Shown here: positions 51,240-61,164 of the stretch, piece after piece | Layout: each line of letters starts with the position of its first letter | Numbering within the stretch: position 1 is the first letter of the stretch | NCBI GenBank assembly: GCA_963813025.1 | Contig: CAWEXO010000011.1 | Coordinates: forward strand, 480,001 to 544,000 | From: an uncultured Verrucomicrobiae bacterium | GTDB lineage: Bacteria; Verrucomicrobiota; Verrucomicrobiia; Chthoniobacterales; JAFAMB01 | Length of the DNA stretch: 64,000 nt | Direction of reading: 5' to 3' | The notes under the pieces: model-generated | Database searches by the model: none | The model's input: only the letters and a program-made list of their open reading frames with translations | What the model was told of the DNA's origin: nothing | Program-made: the position numbers and the translations under genes

Positions 51240-52391
51240 ATGCGAATTTTTCTTCGGCTCCTTGTCGGCGTGGCGCTCCTGCTGTCGGTTCTAGCACTCG
51301 TCCGCCATTTCACCGCCGGCCACGTTCCGGCGAAGCAGACGACAGGTCCCGTTGTCTCCACGGCGAACGCCGCGCCGTCCCCTGCGGCCCTCGACATTTC
51401 CTCCGATGTGGCGCGGCAGGAGGTTTGGCAGCCCTTTCTGGAATCGGTGGGTTCGGTGACGGCGATCAAAGGCGTTACCTTGAGCACCGAGATTGCGGGG
51501 ATCGTGCAACGGATCGCGTTTGAATCCGGCGTTCGGGTCAAAGCTGGCGATCTGCTGATCCAATTAGATATCACCCAGGAACAAGCGCAGCTCGCTCAGG
51601 CGACCGCCAAGCGCAATCTGGACAAAATCAATCTGGACCGTTACCAGAATTTGCTGGCACGGCATACGGTGTCCCAGTCGGACTTTGATTCGGCGGAAGC
51701 AAATTTTCGAACGGCCCAGGGCGCCGTTGACGAGCAGAACGCCATTATCGGCAAGAAAACTATCCGGGCTCCTTTCGATGGTGTTGTCGGAATTCGCCAA
51801 ATCAACCTGGGTCAATACCTCGGGACTGGGCAAGCCATTGTCACCCTACAAGCGTTCGACCCGATCTATGTGAATTTTCAGTTGCCGCAGGAGAATCTTT
51901 CGTCGCTCTCCGCTGGAACGAAAGTTGAAGTGAGGATCGATGCTTATCCGGGGCGCACCTTCACCGGAAAGATCACTGCCGTGGATGCGCAGGTCGACGT
52001 CAACAGTCGGAATGTGCAGGTGCAAGCGACGTTGCCCAACAGCGATTATCAGCTTCGGCCGGGTATGTATGCCAAGGTAAATGTGGCGACCGGGCAGGTT
52101 CGCGAAGTAACGACGGTTCCAGTCGCGGCGGTCAACTTTGCCCCATACGGCGACTCGGTCTTTATCGTCAGCGAAATACCCGACCCGTCCCTCCGGCATT
52201 TCCAGAGCGTACAGCAACAGTTTGTCAAGCTCGGCGAGACCCGCGGTGATCGTGTAGCGGTCCTTACCGGGCTGAAGCCCGGCGAACGGGTGGCAACGTC
52301 CGCCGTTTTCCGTTTACGCAGCGGCGAAGCAGTCCGAGTCGGTCAGAGTAAGAAATCGCCGGGACCAGAACAAACACCAGCGAAAGGTTGA
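51240..52391 (+). CDS. RND periplasmic adaptor (MFP) 1
   Basis: IRAPFDGVVG, LRPGMY. Confidence 0.9.
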   Translation: MRIFLRLLVGVALLLSVLALVRHFTAGHVPAKQTTGPVVSTANAAPSPAALDISSDVARQEVWQPFLESVGSVTAIKGVTLSTEIAGIVQRIAFESGVRVKAGDLLIQLDITQEQAQLAQATAKRNLDKINLDRYQNLLARHTVSQSDFDSAEANFRTAQGAVDEQNAIIGKKTIRAPFDGVVGIRQINLGQYLGTGQAIVTLQAFDPIYVNFQLPQENLSSLSAGTKVEVRIDAYPGRTFTGKITAVDAQVDVNSRNVQVQATLPNSDYQLRPGMYAKVNVATGQVREVTTVPVAAVNFAPYGDSVFIVSEIPDPSLRHFQSVQQQFVKLGETRGDRVAVLTGLKPGERVATSAVFRLRSGEAVRVGQSKKSPGPEQTPAKG

Positions 52392-52396
52392 TCTCC

Positions 52397-53548
52397 ATGA
52401 GAAGATCTTTTCAACTACTGCTCGGTTTCCTCGTGATGTTCCTGGGAGTTTTCCTGGTGGTTGGCGGATTGGGCTACTACAAATTTTCGCAGATTCTGCA
52501 CTACATCAAGCTGGCGCAGATGGGCGCTTTTGCACCGCCTCCGACGTCTGTCACCACGGAAGTGATTGAGGCTTCGGGCTGGCAGCCGACGCGGAACGTC
52601 ATCGGATCGATTGCTGCGATCGAAGGCATCACCGTCAGCACAGATTTGGCCGGAACCGTCGCGAAAATCGCGTTTGAATCTGGCGGCAAGGTCAAGCAAG
52701 GCGATCTTCTGGTTCAACTGGATACCAGCCAGGAGCAGGCCCAATTGGTCCAAGCGTGCGCTACGCGGGACTTGGCGCGACTCAATCGGGATCGCAACAA
52801 GGGACTTCTCGCGTCGCACACCATTGCGCAGGCCGACTTCGATAGTTCGGTGGCCGATCTGCAATCTGATCAGGGCGCGGTAGACGCGATCGCTGCGACG
52901 ATTGCCAAAAAAACGGTGCGCGCGCCTTTCGACGGTGTTGTCGGCATTCGCCAGATCAACCTCGGCCAGTACCTCACTCCCGGTCAGGCGATGGTGTCGC
53001 TGCAGGCGTTCGATCCGATCTATGTGAATTTTTTTCTGCCTCAACAGGATTTAGGCAAAATGACTGTTGGGCAGACGATCGAAATTTGGGTGGATACGTA
53101 TCCTAACGAACGATTCCATGGGAAAATTACCGCGCTGAACTCTTTGGTTGACCCCACGTCGCGCAATCTGCAGGTGCAAGCTACGGTGCGAAATCCGGAC
53201 GAGAAACTGCGGCCGGGGATGTTCGCTCACGTGAGCATTGCGCTGGGCGAGGACGAACATGTTGTCGCGATTCCGACTTCTTCCATTAGTTTTGGTCCGG
53301 ACGGCGACGGGGTTTATGTCGTCACCGAGATCACTGGCAAAGACGGCAAGAAAGTGAAGGCGGTCCGTCTGCAACCAGTGCAACTCGGACAGTCCCGCGG
53401 TGACCTGACCGCCGTGACACAGGGCGTCAAGCCGGGAGACGAGATCGTGACTTCCGGGGTATTTCGTTTACGGGATCGGGCACCGATAACGGTTAATAAC
53501 GCGGTTAGACCGCAGAGCGAGCTGGCTCCCAGGTCGACGAACAGTTAA
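52397..53548 (+). CDS. RND periplasmic adaptor (MFP) 2
   Basis: VRAPFDGVVG, LRPGMF. Confidence 0.9.
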   Translation: MRRSFQLLLGFLVMFLGVFLVVGGLGYYKFSQILHYIKLAQMGAFAPPPTSVTTEVIEASGWQPTRNVIGSIAAIEGITVSTDLAGTVAKIAFESGGKVKQGDLLVQLDTSQEQAQLVQACATRDLARLNRDRNKGLLASHTIAQADFDSSVADLQSDQGAVDAIAATIAKKTVRAPFDGVVGIRQINLGQYLTPGQAMVSLQAFDPIYVNFFLPQQDLGKMTVGQTIEIWVDTYPNERFHGKITALNSLVDPTSRNLQVQATVRNPDEKLRPGMFAHVSIALGEDEHVVAIPTSSISFGPDGDGVYVVTEITGKDGKKVKAVRLQPVQLGQSRGDLTAVTQGVKPGDEIVTSGVFRLRDRAPITVNNAVRPQSELAPRSTNS

Positions 53549-53561
53549 GAGATCATTGCCT

Positions 53562-56500
53562 ATGCGTTTCACCGATTTGTTTATTCGCCGGCCGGTTGTC
53601 GCGACGGTAGTTAATCTGATCATTCTGATCGCGGGCTACCAGGCGTGGCGGAATCTCAGTGTGCGGCAATACCCGCGCAGCGACATTTCCGTGATCACGG
53701 TCACAACTGTCTATGTTGGAGCCGACGCGGACCTGGTGCAAGGGTTCGTCACGACACCGTTGGAACAGGCGATCGCTGCCGTTGAAGGAGTTGATTACAT
53801 GGAGTCGCAAAGCGCTCCGGGCCAAAGCACGATCTCGATTCAGCTCAAGATTAACTATGATCCGTTTAAGGCGCTGACCCAGGTCCAGGCGAAGGTTAAC
53901 CAGGTGCGGAACGATCTGCCGCCAGAGGCAGAATTACCGATGATCGATATCACCTCGACCGACAACCAGTTCGCGCAAATGTATCTGAGTTTTTATTCGA
54001 ACGATCTCGATCGAAACCAGATCAGCGATTATCTCGCTCGAGTCATCCAACCAAAGTTATCTGCCATCAACGGCGTGCAGCAAGCCGAGATTCTTGGGGA
54101 GCGCAAATTTGCGATGCGCATCTGGCTAAAAGCAGACCGCATGGCTGCCTTGGGAGTATCGGCAACCGATGTGCAGCAGAAGCTTTCGCAGAACAACTAT
54201 CTCTCAGCCCTCGGTTCGACCAAGGGAGCAATGGTGGCAGTTAATCTGAAGGCGAACACTGATTTACGGAGTGCTGACGAGTTCAAACAGTTAGTAATTA
54301 AGGAGAGCACTGGGGCAATTATCCGGTTGCGAGACATTGCCGACGTCGAACTCGGCGCGGAGGACTACAATTCCGATGTCCGGTTCTCCGGCAGCACAGC
54401 TACCTTCATGGGCATTTTTGTTTTGCCGACGGCCAATAGTCTGGAGGTCATCAAGAATGTGCGAGCGGCCTTGCCGGAGCTCGCCCGGCAGTTGCCGGTG
54501 GGCATGAAGTTAGACGTTCCCTATGACTCGACCAAGTACATCGATAATGCCATTCGCGAAGTCACCAAGACGCTGACCGAAACGATCGGCATCGTCATTG
54601 TCGTGATTTTCCTTTTCATGGGTTCGTTTCGGAGCGTGCTCATCCCAGTGGTGGCGATTCCGCTCTCTTTGATTGGCGCGCTTTTTCTCATGTTAGCCTT
54701 CGGGTTTACCCTGAACCTGTTGACCTTGTTAGCAATCGTGCTCGCGGTAGGACTAGTGGTCGACGATGCGATTGTCGTGGTGGAGAACGTCGAACGGCAT
54801 ATCGGGGAAGGCTTAAGTCCGATGGACGCGGCGCTGAAGGGTGCGCGAGAACTCTTCGGACCCATCGTCGCCATGACGATCACGTTGGCGACGGTGTATG
54901 CGCCGATCGGAATTCAGGGCGGACTGACCGGAGCATTATTCCGCGAATTTGCCTTCACGCTTGCCGGCGCAGTGGTAGTATCCGGATTCGTCGCCCTGAC
55001 TTTATCGCCGATGATGTCTTCCCGGCTTTTGCGGGCGGGGATGAACGAGCATGGGATGGCCGGCTTCGTAAGCGGGACCTTTGATCGTTTTCGCAATCTT
55101 TACGTTCGGCTGCTTCGGTTTATTCTGAACTTTCGGCCGGTTGTCTACACCCTGTGGGTAATCGTCGTTTTACTGATGGTTCCCTTCTATATGTTTTCCG
55201 GGAAGGAAGCCGCTCCGAAGGAAGATCAGGGGGTCATTTTTGGTATCGTGCAAACGGCGCCCAACTCAACCCTCGATCAGAATCTTCTGTTCACCCACCA
55301 GGTGAACTCGGTTTTCCAAAGCTTTCCTGAAACCGCGCAGACTTTCCAGATCACCTTTCCGGACCGAGGCTTTTCGGGGATGGTGGCAAAACCGTGGGAG
55401 GAACGCCAGCGGACGATGGAACAGGTGTTGATCGATGTCGACAAGAAACTGGCCTTGATCCCCGGAATTCGGGTAATCGGGGCAACGCCATCGCCTTTGC
55501 CCGGCGGCACGAATTTCCCGGTGGAGTTTGTCATTGCTTCCACCGTGCAACCGCGCGAGCTGCTCGATTTTTCCCGGAAACTTGTCGGAGCGGCGATGAG
55601 CAGCGGCAAATTCTTCTTCGCCGACAGCGATCTGAAGTATGATCAACCGCAATCTACCGTTGTCTTTGACCGGGACAAGGTAGGGTCCATGGGCCTGAAT
55701 CTCCAGAACGTCGGCGGCGACCTCGCCTGGCTTTACGGAGGTAATTATGTTAACCGGTTTAGTATTCAGGGGCGTAGTTACAAAGTTATTCCCCAGATCC
55801 AGCGAGTAGAGCGACTTACTGCGGACCAGCTGCAGAACGTCTATGTCAGCGGTCCGAATGGTCAACTGGTGCAATTATCAACCTTTGCGACGATCAAGAA
55901 CGACGTCCAGCCGCGCTCTCTCAATCGGTTCAACCAGTTGAATTCGGTGAAAATCCAAGGAGTGATCCCTCCCAGCGTGACCGTTGATCAAGCGCTGAAA
56001 GTGCTGGAGGATGAAGCCGCGAAGATTCTGCCCAACGGTTACACCATCGACTATACGGGCGAATCGCGTCAACTGCGGAAGGAAGGTAACGCCTTCATGA
56101 CCACCTTCGTGCTCGCGGTCATTTTGATCTACCTGGTGTTAGCCGCGCAATTCGAAAGCTTCCGCGATCCGTTCATTATTCTCGCCGGTTCCGTGCCCTT
56201 GGCATTATCCGGAGCCTTGACCTTTAGCTTTCTCGGACTAACCACGATCAATGTTTACAGTCAGGTGGGTCTGATTACCCTGGTCGGGTTAATCGCCAAG
56301 AACGGAATATTAATCGTGGAGTTTGCTAACCGCCTGCAGGAAGAAGGACGGGACAAACTGCGCGCGATTATCGATGCCGCCGGGACACGCTTGCGGCCGG
56401 TGCTTATGACGACGGTGGCAACCGTGATGGGCCATCTGCCGCTGGTCTTTGCCCGCGGACCCGGAGCGGGGGCGCGAAACAGCATCGGCATCATGCTGGT

Positions 56501-56648
56501 CTCCGGAATGATTATCGGCACGAGTTTTACCTTATTCGTGGTACCCTCTATCTACATGTTGATCGCCAAGGATCACCGCAAAGACAAGCTGCGGCGAGGG
56601 GAGGGGGCGCTCGAATCGCCGGAAAAATTGGAACCAGCGCTTGCCTAA
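53562..56648 (+). CDS. RND efflux permease (HAE1, MexI/MexW-like)
   Basis: GLVVDDAIVVVEN, KNGILIVEFA, RLRPVLMTT. Confidence 0.93.
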   Translation: MRFTDLFIRRPVVATVVNLIILIAGYQAWRNLSVRQYPRSDISVITVTTVYVGADADLVQGFVTTPLEQAIAAVEGVDYMESQSAPGQSTISIQLKINYDPFKALTQVQAKVNQVRNDLPPEAELPMIDITSTDNQFAQMYLSFYSNDLDRNQISDYLARVIQPKLSAINGVQQAEILGERKFAMRIWLKADRMAALGVSATDVQQKLSQNNYLSALGSTKGAMVAVNLKANTDLRSADEFKQLVIKESTGAIIRLRDIADVELGAEDYNSDVRFSGSTATFMGIFVLPTANSLEVIKNVRAALPELARQLPVGMKLDVPYDSTKYIDNAIREVTKTLTETIGIVIVVIFLFMGSFRSVLIPVVAIPLSLIGALFLMLAFGFTLNLLTLLAIVLAVGLVVDDAIVVVENVERHIGEGLSPMDAALKGARELFGPIVAMTITLATVYAPIGIQGGLTGALFREFAFTLAGAVVVSGFVALTLSPMMSSRLLRAGMNEHGMAGFVSGTFDRFRNLYVRLLRFILNFRPVVYTLWVIVVLLMVPFYMFSGKEAAPKEDQGVIFGIVQTAPNSTLDQNLLFTHQVNSVFQSFPETAQTFQITFPDRGFSGMVAKPWEERQRTMEQVLIDVDKKLALIPGIRVIGATPSPLPGGTNFPVEFVIASTVQPRELLDFSRKLVGAAMSSGKFFFADSDLKYDQPQSTVVFDRDKVGSMGLNLQNVGGDLAWLYGGNYVNRFSIQGRSYKVIPQIQRVERLTADQLQNVYVSGPNGQLVQLSTFATIKNDVQPRSLNRFNQLNSVKIQGVIPPSVTVDQALKVLEDEAAKILPNGYTIDYTGESRQLRKEGNAFMTTFVLAVILIYLVLAAQFESFRDPFIILAGSVPLALSGALTFSFLGLTTINVYSQVGLITLVGLIAKNGILIVEFANRLQEEGRDKLRAIIDAAGTRLRPVLMTTVATVMGHLPLVFARGPGAGARNSIGIMLVSGMIIGTSFTLFVVPSIYMLIAKDHRKDKLRRGEGALESPEKLEPALA

Positions 56649-56838
56649 ATCCCGCGAAAGCGGGATAACAGGAGCCGATCGCGAACCGGCTCACTCTTTG
56701 CGGAGATCGTGGAAAGACGTTTCAATGAAGGGCTACGCCTTAACCGCGCCGTGCAAGCGGACCGCCGCGATCGATAAACAGGGCGGCCGAACTTGGGTTC
56801 GGCCGCTCTTGGGCGAACTCGTTTTTAGTGAAGCGGAG

Positions 56839-58006
56839 CTAGTCACCTGTCCGTTAAATAACATATATTATCCGTCAGTCGCGACTGCCCAGGCTTTATT
56901 GATCTTACGGAGCACTTCTGCGCCGTCCGCTCGCCACACGTAGCGTTTGGCCCTTAGATTATGTTGGGCAAGGTAAGCGTCGATCGCCTCGATCAGGACC
57001 CGAACGTTCTCAAAGCTTCCTCCTACAATAGCTTGCTGCGTAAGGTCCCCGGAAAAAACGCTCGACCAAGTTGAGCCAAGAAGCGCTGGTTGGAGTAAAA
57101 TGCAGGTGAAAGCGTCGATGGCGTGCCAGCCAGGCTTTCACCTTGGGATGCTTGTGGGCGGAGTAGTTATCGACAAGGAGATGTAACCCAACCTGGGGCG
57201 GAGTCTGCTCATCGATGTGTTTAAGAAAGCGCAACCACTCTCGATGAGTGTGACGCCGATCGGTGCGCGCGATGATCTTGCCTTGGAGATAATCGAGAGC
57301 TGCAAACAGCGTGACGGTACCGTGGCGGTAATAGTCATGGGTCCGAGTCTGGATGTGACCGGCTCCCAGCGGCAGACCAGGCTGAGAACGGCTCAGGGCC
57401 TGAATCTGACTCTTCTCATCGCAGCACAGCACCAGCGCCTGCTCGGGTGGATTGAGATAGAGTCCCACGATATCCCAGAATTTGGTCTCGAATTCCGGAT
57501 CGCTGGAGAGCTTGAAAGTCCGGCTCAGATGAGGCTTGAGATCGTTGCTCGCCCACAGCTTGTGCACCGTCGACTTACTAGAGGCCCGATTCGCGCGCCA
57601 TCGTGCGGCAACTCCAGCGCCGCAGATGAGCCGGGGGTTGCACTACTCGGCTCAAGACGGCCTGAACCTGTTCTGGCGCCAAGGTGCTCGCGCGCCCTCG
57701 TCCAGGCGCATCATCCAGTCCGGCTATCCGCTCCAGGCTAAAGCGCTCACGCCACTTGCCCACGGCCAGCCGGCTCATCTTTAATCGGTGAGCGATCTGT
57801 TGATTCTCTAAGCCTTCGCTCGCCAACAAAATCATTTTGGCTCGCTGCCGATCCCGATAAGGCCCACTACGCGCACGCTCGCGCCGCTCCAACCCCATTC
57901 TTTCTGGCTCAGTAAGTTCGATCCGCGAAGCGACTCTCGACATGCGGCCAAGTTAAAACATTTTTTGGCATTATATGCGACCTTATTTCGAGGACACTAG
58001 TACTAG
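56839..58006 (-). mobile_element. IS630-family IS (copy b)
   Basis: Ends ctagtcacctgtccgttaaataa / ttatttcgaggacactagtactag; right end either 58000 or 58006. Confidence 0.85.
56868..57943 (-). pseudogene. IS630 transposase with two +1 frameshifts (~57579, ~57048)
   Basis: HTH fragment, CDEKSQIQA, YRHGT, DNYSAH, SWLNLVERFF; C-terminus continues in a third segment to TAA at 56868. Confidence 0.8.
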
Positions 58007-58103
58007 TGTAGCGTCTCTTAAATAATGGTGAGTCATTTTTGGAGGATTCCCCAGAAGCGGAACAGATAAAAGTGTCACTATGATTTCAGAGACACATGAC
58101 TAG
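58003..58103. mobile_element. 101-bp MITE (IS630-like ends), copy 2
   Basis: Identical to 24984-25084. Confidence 0.8.
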
Positions 58104-58187
58104 ACTAGGTACTGCGAGGCTTAGAGCTTGTGAACCGTCCAATTATCTTCTTCCGCTGAAACTGCTCCCGCCGCTTTGCTAAATGAG

Positions 58188-59240
58188 TCAGGTCTTTGGA
58201 GCTACATCCTCCCGATAGGGCGGGAGCGGCAAGACGACATTCGTACTCAGCGGCCGAATACGTTCGACGATCTGGTCACTTAAGGTGTGGCCCGTCTGGT
58301 ACGCGGTCTGGAGCACGTCCAGCTTGGCGTCAAGGTTGTCGATAAAATGGAGAGCAAACGCCTCGGGCGTTTTGGGCTCAACCGGAGAACCGAACTCTTT
58401 TGCGCCATGATGAGCGGCTACCAGGTGCAGAAGGTGCAATCGGACAGCTTCCGCCTCCGGGGCTCCGGCCAGTTGGAACTCGGGCGTTTCTCGTAATTGG
58501 GTCCAAAGCCGATTGGTCAACTCGATACCGATCGGGATGTGTCCAAGCAATTCACCGCGGGCATCGAAGGGCATCGCCAGAGAGTCTTTGCTATAGCAGT
58601 TCTCCCACATTTTACCGGCATCATGGAGCAAGACCCCGACCAGCAAAAGATCGCGGTTCAGCGCCGGATAAACATCGGTGAGTGCGTCCATCGCCCGAAA
58701 CATCTGAGCCACGTGTTCAACCAGCCCGCCGCGCCGGGCATGATGATAATACCGCGCACCGCCAGTGCGCTTGAGCCGGTCACCGTACTCCTCCAGGAAA
58801 CGGCAGCCAAGCGCCTTAAGGCGGGGATCTTTGACGGTGGCGAGGCGGGATTGGATATACGCGTAATCTTCCGTCTGTTTTTCTCTGAGCTCCGGCGGAC
58901 CGGCAACCAGCACAGCGGTTTCTTCGGGGCTCAGAAAACGGATTGTCCAGTTCCTGGCTTCGCAGCCGAAGGGAGGGTTGGGGCTGAAATCCGCAGTGAG
59001 CGCGATCAGATCGCCCACCCGCAACTCCGAGCAAAACATATATAGCGGGTGATCGTTCCATACGCGTAAAAGGAAACTGCCGGACAGATCGCGCATCGAA
59101 AGGCCGAGGTAACGCTTTTGCTCACGCGTCATTTTGACGGCCAATTCCGAGATCTGACCGTGGATTACCGCCAAGGTAGTCGCCTTGGCCGCCCGTCGAT
59201 TCAGCTCCTCAATACTTAAATTATCTTGTGACGGCTCCAT
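58188..59240 (-). CDS. OB-fold + HD-domain protein (YhaM-like 3'-5' exoribonuclease)
   Basis: HHARRGGLVEH, LLHDAGK, GHI, AHHG, FIDNLDAK. Confidence 0.85.
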   Translation of the reverse strand: MEPSQDNLSIEELNRRAAKATTLAVIHGQISELAVKMTREQKRYLGLSMRDLSGSFLLRVWNDHPLYMFCSELRVGDLIALTADFSPNPPFGCEARNWTIRFLSPEETAVLVAGPPELREKQTEDYAYIQSRLATVKDPRLKALGCRFLEEYGDRLKRTGGARYYHHARRGGLVEHVAQMFRAMDALTDVYPALNRDLLLVGVLLHDAGKMWENCYSKDSLAMPFDARGELLGHIPIGIELTNRLWTQLRETPEFQLAGAPEAEAVRLHLLHLVAAHHGAKEFGSPVEPKTPEAFALHFIDNLDAKLDVLQTAYQTGHTLSDQIVERIRPLSTNVVLPLPPYREDVAPKT

Positions 59241-59308
59241 GAATTAAGCGCGATTTTCAAAAATCGTTTGAGATTTCAGGCAGCGCTTCAACTTAAAGGA
59301 TAAACGCT

Positions 59309-60391
59309 ATGGAAAATATAAATGTCGGAGTCGTTGGTCTTGGTTGGCCTGGAGAACGCCACGCGGAGGGGATTATCGGGTGCGGCCTCGGATGCCTTTG
59401 GGCAGCTTGCGATCTCAATGAACATCGAAGACAACAGTATACGGCAAAATACCATCCCCGGAAAGTGTTCGCGCAGTATGAGAAGATGTTAAACGATCCG
59501 GAGTTGCAGGTGGTGGTAGTCAGCCTGCCGAACGCGTTACATTTTCCGGCGTCGTTGAAGGCGCTGGAGGCGGGCAAACACGTTCTCTGTGAAAAGCCGC
59601 CCACCCTGAACGCTGAGCAAATGCGGCGGCTCCATGATGAATCGATTAAGCGCGGGCTGATTTACGCATTCGGCCGCCAAATGCGCTTCTCCGGAGCGAT
59701 CCAGGCGGCACGCAAAGCCATCGCGGAGCGGCGCCTCGGGGAAATTTACTACGCGAAGACAATGTGGGTGCGAGCCCGGGGCACTCCGGGCGGCATCGAC
59801 GGCTGGTTTACCGACCGATCGCGCGCGGGCGGAGGGGCCCTGATCGATCTCGGCGTCCATGCCATTGACGCTGCGTGGTATCTCATGGGGACCCCGAAAC
59901 CGCGCTCCGTCTCTGCCCAGACTTTTCAAAAGTTTCCTCAGCTGGCCAAGTCGCCTGTCTTCGACGTGGAAGATAGCGGCTACGGAATGATTCGCTTTGA
60001 GAACGGGGCCGTCGTGTTGTTTGAGGTTTCCTGGGCCGCGAACCTGACGGACGATCTGCCGCTCGGTAAGTACACTCGTGAACTTTTTCAGACCGTTGTT
60101 TACGGTCCGAAAGCCGCGATCCGCGTGACGGATGTCTTTCAACTCGGTCCCAAAGAAAAGCGGCCCGCACTTTCCATGTTTGAAGACCAAGGTAGCGGTG
60201 ACCCGGTTGCTTTGGACTTGCCTTTCGAACCGGTGAAAAATGAGTTCATTCCCCAAATGCGTAACTTCCTTCGCGCGATCCAAGGCGAGGAACCGCCGAT
60301 CAATAGCTCGCTGCAAGCCGTCCAGCTAATGGAAATGCTGGACGCGATCTATCATTCCAGCCTGACCGGCCGGGAAGTCGTGTTCGCGTAA
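59309..60391 (+). CDS. Gfo/Idh/MocA oxidoreductase
   Basis: VGLGWPG, LCEKP, GGGALIDLGVH. Confidence 0.9.
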   Translation: MENINVGVVGLGWPGERHAEGIIGCGLGCLWAACDLNEHRRQQYTAKYHPRKVFAQYEKMLNDPELQVVVVSLPNALHFPASLKALEAGKHVLCEKPPTLNAEQMRRLHDESIKRGLIYAFGRQMRFSGAIQAARKAIAERRLGEIYYAKTMWVRARGTPGGIDGWFTDRSRAGGGALIDLGVHAIDAAWYLMGTPKPRSVSAQTFQKFPQLAKSPVFDVEDSGYGMIRFENGAVVLFEVSWAANLTDDLPLGKYTRELFQTVVYGPKAAIRVTDVFQLGPKEKRPALSMFEDQGSGDPVALDLPFEPVKNEFIPQMRNFLRAIQGEEPPINSSLQAVQLMEMLDAIYHSSLTGREVVFA

Positions 60392-60671
60392 GGCGCCCGT
60401 TGCCTCTTATGTAGTGCGGAACTTGTCGCACCGTAGTCCTCGAAACGGTGACGAAGTCAGACGGCCGCGGTCCGCAATCTGGCGGCGAACGGCGCGCCGT
60501 GCGATCCCCACCACGTAAAAGCTGATCTTTGTTGCGGTCTGGGAAGAACCGGAGAAGTGCGCCAGCGCCGGAGCGAGCAAAGTCCGACAGACTTCGGGGC
60601 CGTCCGCGCTAACTGAGCGGTGTACCAAAGTTAATCTGTGCTAATCTGAGAAATCTGTGGTTTTATTTCTC

Positions 60672-61154
60672 ATGAAACGTTGGTGCCTGTTGGCTTTGGC
60701 GCTTGCTTTCCTGGTTGTTCCTGCGCTTGCTGGAGTTGCCTCCGTAGTGCCGGTTTCGCCGGGTGATCCGGAATTAGTTCAGCTCGGACCGGGGCGCAGT
60801 TTCGTGCGGGTACCGAGCGACTCGAGAAAGCTCTGGACTCTCGGATTTGGGCGCGCACCGTTCGAGGACCCGAGCCCGTTCAACCGCGGGTATGGGAACG
60901 ATGTGATCGCGATCCCGTTTGACCGAAGCGGCCGGGTCGCTTTCGTGCCCACCTACATTTTTACCATTATTCCAGACTACGGAGTTGAACACCGCTTCAA
61001 CTTTTTGGTGCAAGGCCGGACAACCAAGCAGGATGTCCTCGCGCTCTTCGGGCGGGTGCGGCAACCGTCTACCGTAAACGGGTATGAGGTTTGGTACTAC
61101 GAGATTCCGGTCTGGAACCCGTTTGAGGAATGGCCCTTCCCAGGGAACCGCTAA
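60672..61154 (+). CDS. Hypothetical secreted protein
   Basis: Signal peptide; C-terminal G.TTK.DV..LFG...WYY resembling SmpA/OmlA-like domains. Confidence 0.65.
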   Translation: MKRWCLLALALAFLVVPALAGVASVVPVSPGDPELVQLGPGRSFVRVPSDSRKLWTLGFGRAPFEDPSPFNRGYGNDVIAIPFDRSGRVAFVPTYIFTIIPDYGVEHRFNFLVQGRTTKQDVLALFGRVRQPSTVNGYEVWYYEIPVWNPFEEWPFPGNR

Positions 61155-61164
61155 GAAACTCGCT

